A DNA stretch of 64,000 bases from Escherichia phage ECO07P1. The stretch lies in the sequence record OP172784. The stretch is one strand, 5' to 3'. Below the pieces are notes generated by a model. It was not told the DNA's origin. It saw only the letters and a program-made list of their open reading frames with translations, and did no database searches. Each line of letters begins with the position of its first letter. Position 1 is the stretch's first letter. Shown in pieces: positions 20,389 through 31,954 of this stretch. Both the position numbers and the translations under genes were made by a program.

Positions 20389-21124
20389 GAAAAGTGGAAT
20401 TTATCAGATTAAAAATACTTTAAACAATAAAGTATATGTAGGAAGTGCTAAAGATTTTGAAAAGAGATGGAAGAGGCATTTTAAAGACTTAGAAAAAGGA
20501 TGTCATTCTTCTATAAAACTTCAGAGGTCTTTTAACAAACATGGTAATGTGTTTGAATGTTCTATTTTGGAAGAAATTCCATATGAGAAAGATTTGATTA
20601 TTGAACGAGAAAATTTTTGGATTAAAGAGCTTAATTCTAAAATTAATGGATACAATATTGCTGATGCAACGTTTGGTGATACATGTTCTACGCATCCATT
20701 AAAAGAAGAAATTATTAAGAAACGTTCTGAAACTGTTAAAGCTAAGATGCTTAAACTTGGACCTGATGGTCGGAAAGCTCTTTACAGTAAACCCGGAAGT
20801 AAAAACGGGCGTTGGAATCCAGAAACCCATAAGTTTTGTAAGTGCGGTGTTCGCATACAAACTTCTGCTTATACTTGTAGTAAATGCAGAAATCGTTCAG
20901 GTGAAAATAATTCATTCTTTAATCATAAGCATTCGGACAAAACTAAATCTAAAATATCAGAAAAGATGAAAGGCAAAAAGCCTAGTAATATTAAAAAGAT
21001 TTCATGTGATGGGGCTATTTTTGAATGTGCAGTAGATGCAGCTAGACATTTTAAAATTTCGTCTGGATTAGTTACTTATCGTGTAAAATCTGATAAATGG
21101 AATTGGTTCTACATAAATGCCTAA
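20387..21124 (+). CDS. I-TevI: I-TevI GIY-YIG homing endonuclease
   Basis: 245-aa ORF inside td intron; N-terminal GIY..YVG motif, C-terminal zinc finger and DNA-binding region. Confidence 0.9.
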   Translation: MKSGIYQIKNTLNNKVYVGSAKDFEKRWKRHFKDLEKGCHSSIKLQRSFNKHGNVFECSILEEIPYEKDLIIERENFWIKELNSKINGYNIADATFGDTCSTHPLKEEIIKKRSETVKAKMLKLGPDGRKALYSKPGSKNGRWNPETHKFCKCGVRIQTSAYTCSKCRNRSGENNSFFNHKHSDKTKSKISEKMKGKKPSNIKKISCDGAIFECAVDAARHFKISSGLVTYRVKSDKWNWFYINA

Positions 21125-21271
21125 CGACTATCCCTTTGGGGAGTAGGGTCAAGTGACTCGAAACGATAGACAACTTGCTTTAACAAGTTGGAGATATAGT
21201 CTGCTCTGCATGGTGACATGCAGCTGGATATAATTCCGGGGTAAGATTAACGACCTTATCTGAACATAATG

Positions 21272-21583
21272 CTTCCATTTAATATTGCATCATATGCTGC
21301 GTTAGTTCATATTGTAGCTAAGATGTGTAATCTTATTCCTGGAGATTTGATATTTTCTGGCGGTAATACTCATATCTATATGAATCACGTAGAACAATGT
21401 AAAGAAATTTTGCGTCGTGAACCTAAAGAGCTTTGTGAACTGGTAATAGGCGGATTGCCTTATAAATTCCGTTATCTTTCTACTAAAGAACAATTGGAAT
21501 ACATTCTTAAACTCAGGCCTAAAGATTTCGTTCTCAAAGATTATCAGTCCCACGGTGTCTTGAAAGGAAAAATGGCGGTGTAA
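21272..21583 (+). CDS. td: thymidylate synthase, exon 2
   Basis: Frame continues from exon 1 (LPFNIASYAALVHI...). Confidence 0.85.
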   Translation, partial: LPFNIASYAALVHIVAKMCNLIPGDLIFSGGNTHIYMNHVEQCKEILRREPKELCELVIGGLPYKFRYLSTKEQLEYILKLRPKDFVLKDYQSHGVLKGKMAV

Positions 21584-21606
21584 TTTTAATTTAATTGAGA
21601 GGATAT

Positions 21607-21870
21607 ATGATTTTACGATTTAAGGATACTTCTGGTGTCGTTCTTTTTACACTTCCTAATCCAAGCGAGTTAGAAGTTCCAGGACCAGAACAACCTATTA
21701 TCATTTATGGTAAAAAGTATTATACTCATAAAATGACTCGTGAGTATTTTGATAATAAAATTTCCACAGTTAAAACTTCTTCTGATTGCTACTATGATAT
21801 TACTGTTTTAACGGAACAACAATATGACGAATTATTACCGCGCGGGCCGTCTATGCCAGGTAGTGAATAA
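21607..21870 (+). CDS. hypothetical protein (nrdA.2 position)
   Basis: Track ORF 21595 (TTG); first ATG at 21607 with SD gagagg. Confidence 0.45.
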   Translation: MILRFKDTSGVVLFTLPNPSELEVPGPEQPIIIYGKKYYTHKMTREYFDNKISTVKTSSDCYYDITVLTEQQYDELLPRGPSMPGSE

Positions 21871-22150
21871 ATATAAATCCGACTTTGATGTTAATATTCA
21901 CCGTGGTACATTTTGGGGAAATTACGTCGGTAAAGATGCTGGCAGCCGGGAGGCTGCCATTGAATTATTCAAAAAAGATTTTATACGTCGAATTAAATCC
22001 GGAGAAATAACTAAAGCACATTTAGAGCCTTTACGTGGAATGAGGCTAGGATGCACATGTAAACCAAAGCCGTGTCATGGTGATATAATAGCTCATATAG
22101 TTAACCGATTGTTTAAAGACGATTTTCAAGTTGAGGACTTATGCAATTAA
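21824..22150 (+). CDS. hypothetical Cys/His-motif protein (nrdA.1 position)
   Basis: Track ORF; motif [12 protein letters not shown]; 5' end overlaps upstream ORF by 47 nt (alternative GTG start at 21863). Confidence 0.45.
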   Translation: MTNYYRAGRLCQVVNKYKSDFDVNIHRGTFWGNYVGKDAGSREAAIELFKKDFIRRIKSGEITKAHLEPLRGMRLGCTCKPKPCHGDIIAHIVNRLFKDDFQVEDLCN

Positions 22151-24405
22151 TTAATGTTATCAAAAGTAGTGGTGTTTCTCAGAGCTTTGACCCGCAAAAA
22201 ATTATTAAAGTTTTATCTTGGGCAGCTGAAGGAACATCTGTAGATCCTTATGAATTATATGAAAATATTAAATCATATCTCCGTGATGGAATGACCACTG
22301 ATGACATTCAAACCATTGTAATTAAGGCTGCTGCGAATTCTATTTCAGTTGAAGAGCCTGATTATCAATACGTAGCCGCTCGTTGTTTAATGTTTGCTCT
22401 TCGTAAGCATGTTTACGGGCAGTATGAGCCCCGTTCATTTATTGACCATATTTCTTACTGTGTAAATGAAGGTAAATACGACCCTGAATTGTTGTCAAAA
22501 TATTCTGCAGAAGAAATTACATTTTTAGAATCAAAAATTAAGCACGAGCGGGATATGGAATTTACTTATTCCGGGGCGATGCAATTAAAAGAAAAATATC
22601 TAGTTAAAGATAAAACCACTGGTCAAATTTATGAAACTCCACAGTTTGCATTTATGACTATTGGAATGGCATTGCATCAAGATGAACCTGTTGATAGATT
22701 AAAACACGTTATCCGTTTTTATGAAGCAGTATCTACTCGACAGATTTCATTGCCAACTCCTATTATGGCTGGATGTCGTACTCCAACTCGGCAGTTTAGT
22801 TCATGTGTTGTTATTGAGGCAGGTGATTCGCTGAAGTCTATCAATAAAGCTTCTGCTTCAATTGTTGAGTATATTTCTAAACGAGCCGGAATCGGTATTA
22901 ACGTTGGTATGATTCGTGCCGAAGGTTCTAAGATTGGCACAGGTGAAGTACGCCATACTGGTGTTATTCCTTTTTGGAAACATTTTCAGACTGCTGTTAA
23001 ATCATGTTCACAGGGCGGAATTCGTGGCGGCGCTGCTACTGCTTATTATCCTATTTGGCATTTGGAAGTTGAAAATCTTCTCGTTTTGAAAAATAACAAA
23101 GGTGTAGAAGAAAACCGTATCCGTCATATGGATTATGGCGTCCAGCTGAATGATTTGATGATGGAACGTTTTGGAAAGAACGACTACATTACTTTGTTCA
23201 GTCCGCATGAAATGGGTGGCGAGCTTTATTATTCTTATTTTAAAGACCAAGACCGTTTCCGCGAATTATACGAAGCAGCAGAAAAAGACCCTAATATTCG
23301 CAAAAAGCGTATTAAAGCACGTGAACTGTTTGAATTGCTCATGACTGAACGATCAGGAACAGCAAGGATTTATGTGCAGTTCATTGATAATACGAATAAC
23401 TATACTCCATTTATTCGTGAAAAGGCACCTATTCGTCAGAGTAACTTGTGTTGTGAAATTGCTATTCCAACAAATGATGTGAATAGTCCTGATGCTGAAA
23501 TTGGATTGTGCACGTTATCTGCATTTGTGTTGGATAACTTCGATTGGCAAGACCAAGATAAAATTAATGAATTAGCAGAAGTTCAAGTTCGTGCTCTTGA
23601 TAATCTTTTGGATTACCAAGGATATCCAGTTCCTGAAGCAGAAAAAGCTAAAAAGCGTCGAAATCTTGGTGTAGGTGTTACTAACTATGCAGCTTGGCTG
23701 GCAAGTAACTTTGCTTCTTATGAAGATGCTAACGATTTAACACATGAACTATTTGAGAGATTACAGTATGGGCTCATTAAAGCATCCATTAAGCTCGCCA
23801 AAGAAAAAGGACCTTGCGAATATTATTCAGACACTCGTTGGTCTCGAGGCGAATTACCTATCGACTGGTACAATAAAAAGATTGACCAAATCGCAGCTCC
23901 AAAATACGTTTGTGACTGGTCGTCGCTGCGGGAAGACCTTAAGCTCTTTGGCATCCGTAATAGCACATTATCAGCACTTATGCCATGTGAGTCATCTTCC
24001 CAAGTTTCTAACAGTACAAACGGTATCGAGCCTCCACGTGGACCAGTCTCTGTTAAAGAATCAAAAGAGGGTTCCTTTAATCAAGTCGTGCCCAATATTG
24101 AACATAACATAGACCTGTATGATTATACGTGGAAATTAGCTAAGAAAGGTAATAAACCTTATCTTACACAGGTAGCTATTATGCTGAAATGGGTATGTCA
24201 ATCAGCTTCAGCGAATACATATTATGACCCGCAGATTTTTCCAAAAGGAAAGGTTCCAATGTCAATAATGATTGATGACCTTTTGTATTTTTGGTATTTT
24301 GGCGGAAAAAATTTCTATTATCATAATACCCGCGATGGTTCTGGTACTGATGATTATGAAATAGAAACTCCAAAAGCTGAAGATTGTTCATCCTGTAAAT
24401 TATGA
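22141..24405 (+). CDS. nrdA: aerobic ribonucleotide reductase large subunit
   Basis: 754-aa ORF with ATP-cone N-terminus and C-terminal Cys pair; followed by nrdB. Confidence 0.95.
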   Translation: MQLINVIKSSGVSQSFDPQKIIKVLSWAAEGTSVDPYELYENIKSYLRDGMTTDDIQTIVIKAAANSISVEEPDYQYVAARCLMFALRKHVYGQYEPRSFIDHISYCVNEGKYDPELLSKYSAEEITFLESKIKHERDMEFTYSGAMQLKEKYLVKDKTTGQIYETPQFAFMTIGMALHQDEPVDRLKHVIRFYEAVSTRQISLPTPIMAGCRTPTRQFSSCVVIEAGDSLKSINKASASIVEYISKRAGIGINVGMIRAEGSKIGTGEVRHTGVIPFWKHFQTAVKSCSQGGIRGGAATAYYPIWHLEVENLLVLKNNKGVEENRIRHMDYGVQLNDLMMERFGKNDYITLFSPHEMGGELYYSYFKDQDRFRELYEAAEKDPNIRKKRIKARELFELLMTERSGTARIYVQFIDNTNNYTPFIREKAPIRQSNLCCEIAIPTNDVNSPDAEIGLCTLSAFVLDNFDWQDQDKINELAEVQVRALDNLLDYQGYPVPEAEKAKKRRNLGVGVTNYAAWLASNFASYEDANDLTHELFERLQYGLIKASIKLAKEKGPCEYYSDTRWSRGELPIDWYNKKIDQIAAPKYVCDWSSLREDLKLFGIRNSTLSALMPCESSSQVSNSTNGIEPPRGPVSVKESKEGSFNQVVPNIEHNIDLYDYTWKLAKKGNKPYLTQVAIMLKWVCQSASANTYYDPQIFPKGKVPMSIMIDDLLYFWYFGGKNFYYHNTRDGSGTDDYEIETPKAEDCSSCKL

Positions 24406-24456
24406 TATAATTTGACTCACGGACGAGTCACTATCTATTAACTAAGCGGAAAATTT

Positions 24457-25132
24457 ATGAGCACAGTTTTTAATACAAATCCAGTTGATGTTTTAAAAGA
24501 ACCTATGTTCTTCGGTTCAGGTCTTGGTATTGCGCGTTATGATATTCAACGCCATAAAGTTTTTGAAGATTTAACCGAAAAGCAATTATCATTTTTCTGG
24601 CGTCCTGAAGAAGTAAACTTAATGATGGATGCTGCACAATTTAACAAGCTTCCTCAATATCAGCAAGATATTTTTACTAATAACCTGAAGTATCAATCAC
24701 TTCTAGATAGCATTCAGGGTCGTGCACCGTCTGCTGTACTTATGTCGTTAATTTCAGACCCAAGTCTTGATACATGGGTTGCTACATGGACTTTTAGTGA
24801 AACTATTCACAGTCGTTCATATACTCATATCATGCGAAATCTTTATACTGATCCATCGAAGGTATTTGATGAGATTGTACTAGATGAAGCTATCATGAAA
24901 CGTGCTGAATCTATCGGTCGCTATTATGATGATGTTCTGACTAAAACCCGTGAATGGGAAAATGCTAAAGAATTTACAGAACTAGCTAAAGAATCTCCTG
25001 ATGCTGTTTTTCGTTTAAATCGAGCTATTAAACAAGAAGCCGAAGCTAAACGAGCACTAATGAAATCTCTTTACCTCTGTTTGCACGTTATTAATGCCTT
25101 AGAAGCTATTCGTTTTTATGTATCTTTTGCGT
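24457..25132 (+). CDS. nrdB: ribonucleotide reductase small subunit, exon 1
   Basis: ORF ends ...EAIRFYVSFA then stop; splice after U 25132 restores the conserved VSFAC motif. Confidence 0.85.
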
Positions 25133-26223
25133 AAAATGCGCCTTTAAACGGTAACGTTTATCGAAAACTCCTTTAATTGCTGGAAAGTCCTTTATAGGAA
25201 AACTAGCAGCCAAGGTTTTGCTTGCACCTTTAATTAGTATAATATAAATATGATTATACTTTTAAGAGGATGCACAATTGAACTATAGAAAAATTTGGAT
25301 AGATGCGAACGGACCTATACCTAAAGATTCTGATGGAAGAACATACGAAATCCATCATAAAGACGGTAACCGTGAAAATAATGATTTAGATAATTTGATG
25401 TGCCTTTCTATACAGGAACATTATGATATACATTTAGCTCAAAAAGATTACCAGGCTTGTCATGCTATAAAGCTTAGAATGAAATATTCTCCTGAAGAAA
25501 TTTCTGAATTAGCTTCTAAAGCCGCAAAATCTAGAGAAATCCAGATTTTTAATATTCCTGAAGTACGAGCTAAAAATATTGCCTCTATTAAATCTAAGAT
25601 AGAAAATGGTACATTTCATCTTTTAGACGGTGAAATACAGCGTAAATCTAATTTAAATAGAGTTGCATTAGGTATACATAATTTTCAACAAGCTGAGCAT
25701 ATTGCAAAAGTTAAAGAACGCAATATTGCAGCTATAAAAGAAGGTACTCATGTATTTTGCGGTGGTAAAATGCAGTCAGAAACTCAATCAAAACGGGTAA
25801 ATGACGGTTCACATCATTTCTTGTCAGAAGACCATAAGAAAAGAACATCAGCAAAAACATTAGAAATGGTTAAGAACGGGACCCATCCTGCACAAAAAGA
25901 AATCACATGTGATTTCTGCGGTCACATTGGTAAAGGTCCTGGATTTTATCTAAAACATAATGACAGATGTAAATTAAATCCAAATAGAATTCAATTGAAT
26001 TGTCCATATTGTGATAAGAAAGATTTATCACCATCAACATATAAACGATGGCACGGCGACAATTGCAAAGCAAGGTTCAACGACTAGTCTTCGGACGTAG
26101 GGTCAAGCGACTCGAAATGGGGAGAATCCCTCTGGGATTGTGATATAGTCTGGTCTGCATAGTAATATGTAGCAGTTCATAAGAGAACGGGTTGAGAATT
26201 AGCGAGCTCAATCGAACATAACG
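25133..26223 (+). mobile_element. group I intron in nrdB (1091 nt) carrying an intact HNH endonuclease ORF
   Basis: 3' end ...atcgaacataacg (terminal G) parallels the td intron 3' end; junction codon t+gt = Cys. Confidence 0.8.
25278..26087 (+). CDS. I-TevIII: HNH homing endonuclease (I-TevIII-like, 269 aa)
   Basis: Intron ORF with HNH motif (EIHHKDGNRENNDLDNLMCLSIQEHYDIH) and C-terminal CxxC pairs; track start is TTG. Confidence 0.7.
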   Translation: MNYRKIWIDANGPIPKDSDGRTYEIHHKDGNRENNDLDNLMCLSIQEHYDIHLAQKDYQACHAIKLRMKYSPEEISELASKAAKSREIQIFNIPEVRAKNIASIKSKIENGTFHLLDGEIQRKSNLNRVALGIHNFQQAEHIAKVKERNIAAIKEGTHVFCGGKMQSETQSKRVNDGSHHFLSEDHKKRTSAKTLEMVKNGTHPAQKEITCDFCGHIGKGPGFYLKHNDRCKLNPNRIQLNCPYCDKKDLSPSTYKRWHGDNCKARFND

Positions 26224-26726
26224 GTACCTTTAACTTCCATAAGAACATGGAAATCATGGAAGGTAATGCCAAGATTATGAAGTTCATTGCACGTGATGAG
26301 CAGCTTCACCTTAAAGGCACTCAATATATTATTCGTCAACTTCAATCCGGTACTGATGGTGATGAATGGGTTAAAATTGCTCAAGAGTGTGAACAAGAAG
26401 CAGTTGATATTTTCATGGAAGTTAACCGCCAAGAAAAAGATTGGGCAGTTCATTTATTTAAAGATGGCGATGTTCCTGGATTAAATACAAATAGCATGTG
26501 GAGCTTTATTGATTACTTAACTGTATCTCGTATGAAACAGTGCGGTCTTCCATGCCCAATTACCGATGCTCCGGTTAAACATCCATATCCTTGGATTCGT
26601 GAATATCTTAATTCTGATAATGTTCAATCCGCGCCACAAGAAGTAGAACTGTCATCTTACCTTGTTGCACAGATTGATAATGATGTTGATGATAAAGTTA
26701 TGATGAGTTTTAAAAAATACTTTTAA
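26224..26726 (+). CDS. nrdB: ribonucleotide reductase small subunit, exon 2
   Basis: Frame gives C-TFNFHKNMEIMEGNAKI..., matching the conserved RNR small-subunit region. Confidence 0.85.
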
Positions 26727-26730
26727 GGAG

Positions 26731-26753
26731 TGGGCCGCAAGGCCCATTTTATT
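26731..26753 (+). terminator. hairpin plus T-run between nrdB stop and denA start
   Basis: tgggcc-gcaa-ggccca then ttttatt. Confidence 0.55.
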
Positions 26754-28341
<1,588 letters not shown>

Positions 28342-28344
28342 GCT

Positions 28345-28398
28345 GTTTACAAGTCCCTCGTGTTGTGTTATAGTAGACTTACTGACATAACATGAGGA
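28345..28398 (+). promoter_or_regulatory. early promoter inside a long inverted repeat upstream of alc (cassette copy 1)
   Basis: GTTTAC 28345-28350, -10 tatagt 28369-28374; arms 28356-28370 / 28383-28397 with SD gagga in the 3' arm. Confidence 0.6.
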
Positions 28399-28402
28399 CT
28401 TT

Positions 28403-28909
28403 ATGATGGATTTACAGCTTATTACTACTGAGATGGTCGTTGAAGCATACGGTGATACTACAGATGGGATTTCTGTATTTAAAGGAAATCGTCGAGTTGG
28501 ATATATCACCGATCTTAAGAAAGATTTAGCTAAGCAAGTCAAGCGGAAAACGACCATTAAAGAATATCGAAATCGTCGTCTTGAGCAAGCCCGTGATATG
28601 CTTCCCGATGCGGTTGAGGAGATGAAAGTCTTTTTAGAAAATCAGCTTGCGAAATATGATTGTGATGTGTTCATTAATCAGACTCAACCTAATGTTCATA
28701 TTAATAACTGTAAATGCTATATCATCGTTAATCCTTTGACGGGAAAACATCGTCTTGGAATTAGTAATCCAAATCGTAGCGCATCGGATATGGCAGAAGA
28801 TGTTGAGGCATGCTTTAAAATTTCTAAATCTCCTGCTGAACATCATATTTTAATTAACGGTCTTTCTCAAGACGATATTATAGAGGTTATTAAAACTTTA
28901 TGCAATTAA
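28403..28909 (+). CDS. alc: Alc (host transcription shutoff) candidate
   Basis: 168-aa ORF directly after rnlA as in T4. Confidence 0.7.
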   Translation: MMDLQLITTEMVVEAYGDTTDGISVFKGNRRVGYITDLKKDLAKQVKRKTTIKEYRNRRLEQARDMLPDAVEEMKVFLENQLAKYDCDVFINQTQPNVHINNCKCYIIVNPLTGKHRLGISNPNRSASDMAEDVEACFKISKSPAEHHILINGLSQDDIIEVIKTLCN

Positions 28910-29253
28910 GTAATACGACAGCAGGCTTGTTATTAATTGTAATTGCATTGGGCGGAACTTCTTTAATTTTAAAAAGTAAAATTGAAAGATTAGAAACGTC
29001 TGTTGTAGAAATTACAAAAACGGCCAATGAAAACGCTTTAGCATTAGATAATTTGCGAATTCAGTATAATTATATTGATGCGATGAATAATAAAAATCGT
29101 GAGGCAATTGCTGCTATTGAGCGTGAAAATGAAAAACTGCGCAAAGACGCAAAGAAGGCGGATGTGGTGGCTCATAAGCCAGGATTGGTTGAAAAACAAA
29201 TCAACAACTCCTTCAACAAGTTCGCAGAAGACATCCAGGACCTTTCTAAATGA
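28900..29253 (+). CDS. i-spanin-like protein (N-terminal TM plus coiled coil; T4 pseT.3 position)
   Basis: N-terminal hydrophobic segment AGLLLIVIALGGTSLIL followed by charged helical region. Confidence 0.6.
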   Translation: MQLSNTTAGLLLIVIALGGTSLILKSKIERLETSVVEITKTANENALALDNLRIQYNYIDAMNNKNREAIAAIERENEKLRKDAKKADVVAHKPGLVEKQINNSFNKFAEDIQDLSK

Positions 29254-29549
29254 TTAAACTATCAGCAGTAATATTATCTATTGGTCTTCTAGTTGGTTGT
29301 TCGACAAAGCCTCTAGAAGTAAAGAAAGAAACAGTTCATCCTAATTGGCCTGTGCAAATAAAGTCATATGACGAAGCTAAACTATCTTGGCAAGTTAAAG
29401 TTATTGATGGTAAAGCTTGGGTCGGTATGCCATTTGAAGATTCCCAGGAATTTCGTATTTGGCTTAATGATGTAAAACGATATGTACATGACCAAAAAAC
29501 TATGATATGTTATTATCGTCAAGAGCTAAAAGAGGATAAATGTAAATGA
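29250..29549 (+). CDS. o-spanin-like lipoprotein (T4 pseT.2 position)
   Basis: Signal peptide with lipobox LLVGC; ATGA-coupled to upstream TM protein. Confidence 0.6.
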   Translation: MIKLSAVILSIGLLVGCSTKPLEVKKETVHPNWPVQIKSYDEAKLSWQVKVIDGKAWVGMPFEDSQEFRIWLNDVKRYVHDQKTMICYYRQELKEDKCK

Positions 29550-29772
29550 TTTCATGGCATCAATTTGAACATCTCAAAGGATTGATTTATGAATCCGAGA
29601 TGGCTGCAATGATTTATGGACGCCAGATTCAACGATTAGAATCTTTGCCTCCAACTAATGATGTTTTATTAGCTCAATCACGTGCTAATCTTAAAAATGA
29701 ATACCAAAATAAGTGGGGTAAAGCATCTAAAGACCTGCATGATTATATTCAATCATTGGTTGAGAAAAATAA

Positions 29773-29776
<4 letters not shown>
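29546..29776 (+). CDS. hypothetical protein
   Basis: Track ORF; overlapping start/stop with neighbours. Confidence 0.5.
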
Positions 29777-30980
<1,204 letters not shown>

Positions 30981-31044
30981 TTGCTTGTCACCATGAAACT
31001 TGGACTATTATTAATTGGCTCGAAGAAAATTATGTGAGGTAAAT

Positions 31045-31320
31045 ATGTTTCCGACTTATTCTAAAATCGTAGAAGTAGTGTTTAGTCAAATTATAGCTAA
31101 TAATATGTTTGAAAAGCTTGATAACGCAGCTGAGCTTCGAATTCATGCTCAAGTGACTCATGTATTGAACACTTTGCTTCCAGACCAGGTTGATTCTATC
31201 GCCATTACGCTGTATCCAGGTTCCGCGCATATCATTGTCGTATTCGGTCTTGATGCTGAGCTAGTCATCAAAGGCGATATTCGTTTTGAATCGCAGACAT
31301 CAGAATTCAAAGCAATTTAA
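31045..31320 (+). CDS. hypothetical protein
   Basis: Track ORF 31015 (TTG); first ATG at 31045 with SD gaggt. Confidence 0.4.
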   Translation: MFPTYSKIVEVVFSQIIANNMFEKLDNAAELRIHAQVTHVLNTLLPDQVDSIAITLYPGSAHIIVVFGLDAELVIKGDIRFESQTSEFKAI

Positions 31321-31322
31321 TA

Positions 31323-31361
31323 GTTTACTTTACGGTAGAGTTGTGATATTATAGCTCTACC
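31323..31361 (+). promoter_or_regulatory. early promoter with -10 inside a 7-bp inverted repeat
   Basis: GTTTAC 31323-31328; arms ggtagag (31334-31340) / ctctacc (31355-31361); -10 TGaTATTAT in loop. Confidence 0.55.
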
Positions 31362-31382
31362 AAAATAAATGAGGAAATTGAA

Positions 31383-31619
31383 ATGCTAAGTGAAAAACCA
31401 ATTACTGTTAAAGAATTTCAAGAAAAAGTTAAACTATTTGCTCAGGAATTGGTAAATAAGGTTTCTGAACGATTTCCTGAAACATCGGTTCGTGTTATTA
31501 CCGAAACTCCTCGTTCAGTATTAGTAATTGTGAATCCAGGTGATGGTGACCAAATAACACATCTCAAATTGGATTTTGATGGATTAGTTGAAGCACAAAG
31601 GGTGTATGGCGTACTATGA
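31383..31619 (+). CDS. hypothetical protein
   Basis: Track ORF; SD gagga; promoter upstream. Confidence 0.5.
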   Translation: MLSEKPITVKEFQEKVKLFAQELVNKVSERFPETSVRVITETPRSVLVIVNPGDGDQITHLKLDFDGLVEAQRVYGVL

Positions 31620-31954
31620 TGAATTTAACTGATATAATTGATAATTGTCTTGAAAATGATACTGGCGATCATAGAGCGCTTGATTCTGAAACAGCACAGT
31701 TCATTAGAATAACTTTAATGAACGATACTCTAGTGAATAGTATTCATCCTTCTGTGTATGATGCTATTATTGTGACGAAGTATCCAGTTGAGCTTCACAA
31801 AAAGATGGCTGGTGCAATTTTCATTGATAAGAAAAACCGCTTTAAAGATGGGCAGAATATAATTAGTTCTGTTATTAAAAGTATAACTAAACTTCGTCAT
31901 GAAATTTATCGTGTTGAAACTGCTAAATCTGCTTATCTGGTGATTATGAAATGA
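31616..31954 (+). CDS. hypothetical protein
   Basis: Track ORF; coupled to neighbours. Confidence 0.5.
   Translation: MMNLTDIIDNCLENDTGDHRALDSETAQFIRITLMNDTLVNSIHPSVYDAIIVTKYPVELHKKMAGAIFIDKKNRFKDGQNIISSVIKSITKLRHEIYRVETAKSAYLVIMK

Larger units (their letters stand above)
20256..21271 (+). mobile_element. group I self-splicing intron in td (1016 nt) with homing endonuclease ORF
   Basis: Interrupts td after 183 codons; ends ...ctgaacataatg (3' G); splicing restores a 286-aa thymidylate synthase. Confidence 0.85.

Noticed and set aside
30981-31044. Possible MotA-dependent middle promoter downstream of pseT (TGCTT at 30982 with tattat at 31006)
   Set aside because: The spacing between the MotA-box-like motif and the -10 is about 4 nt longer than at the uvsY promoter, so it was not called.
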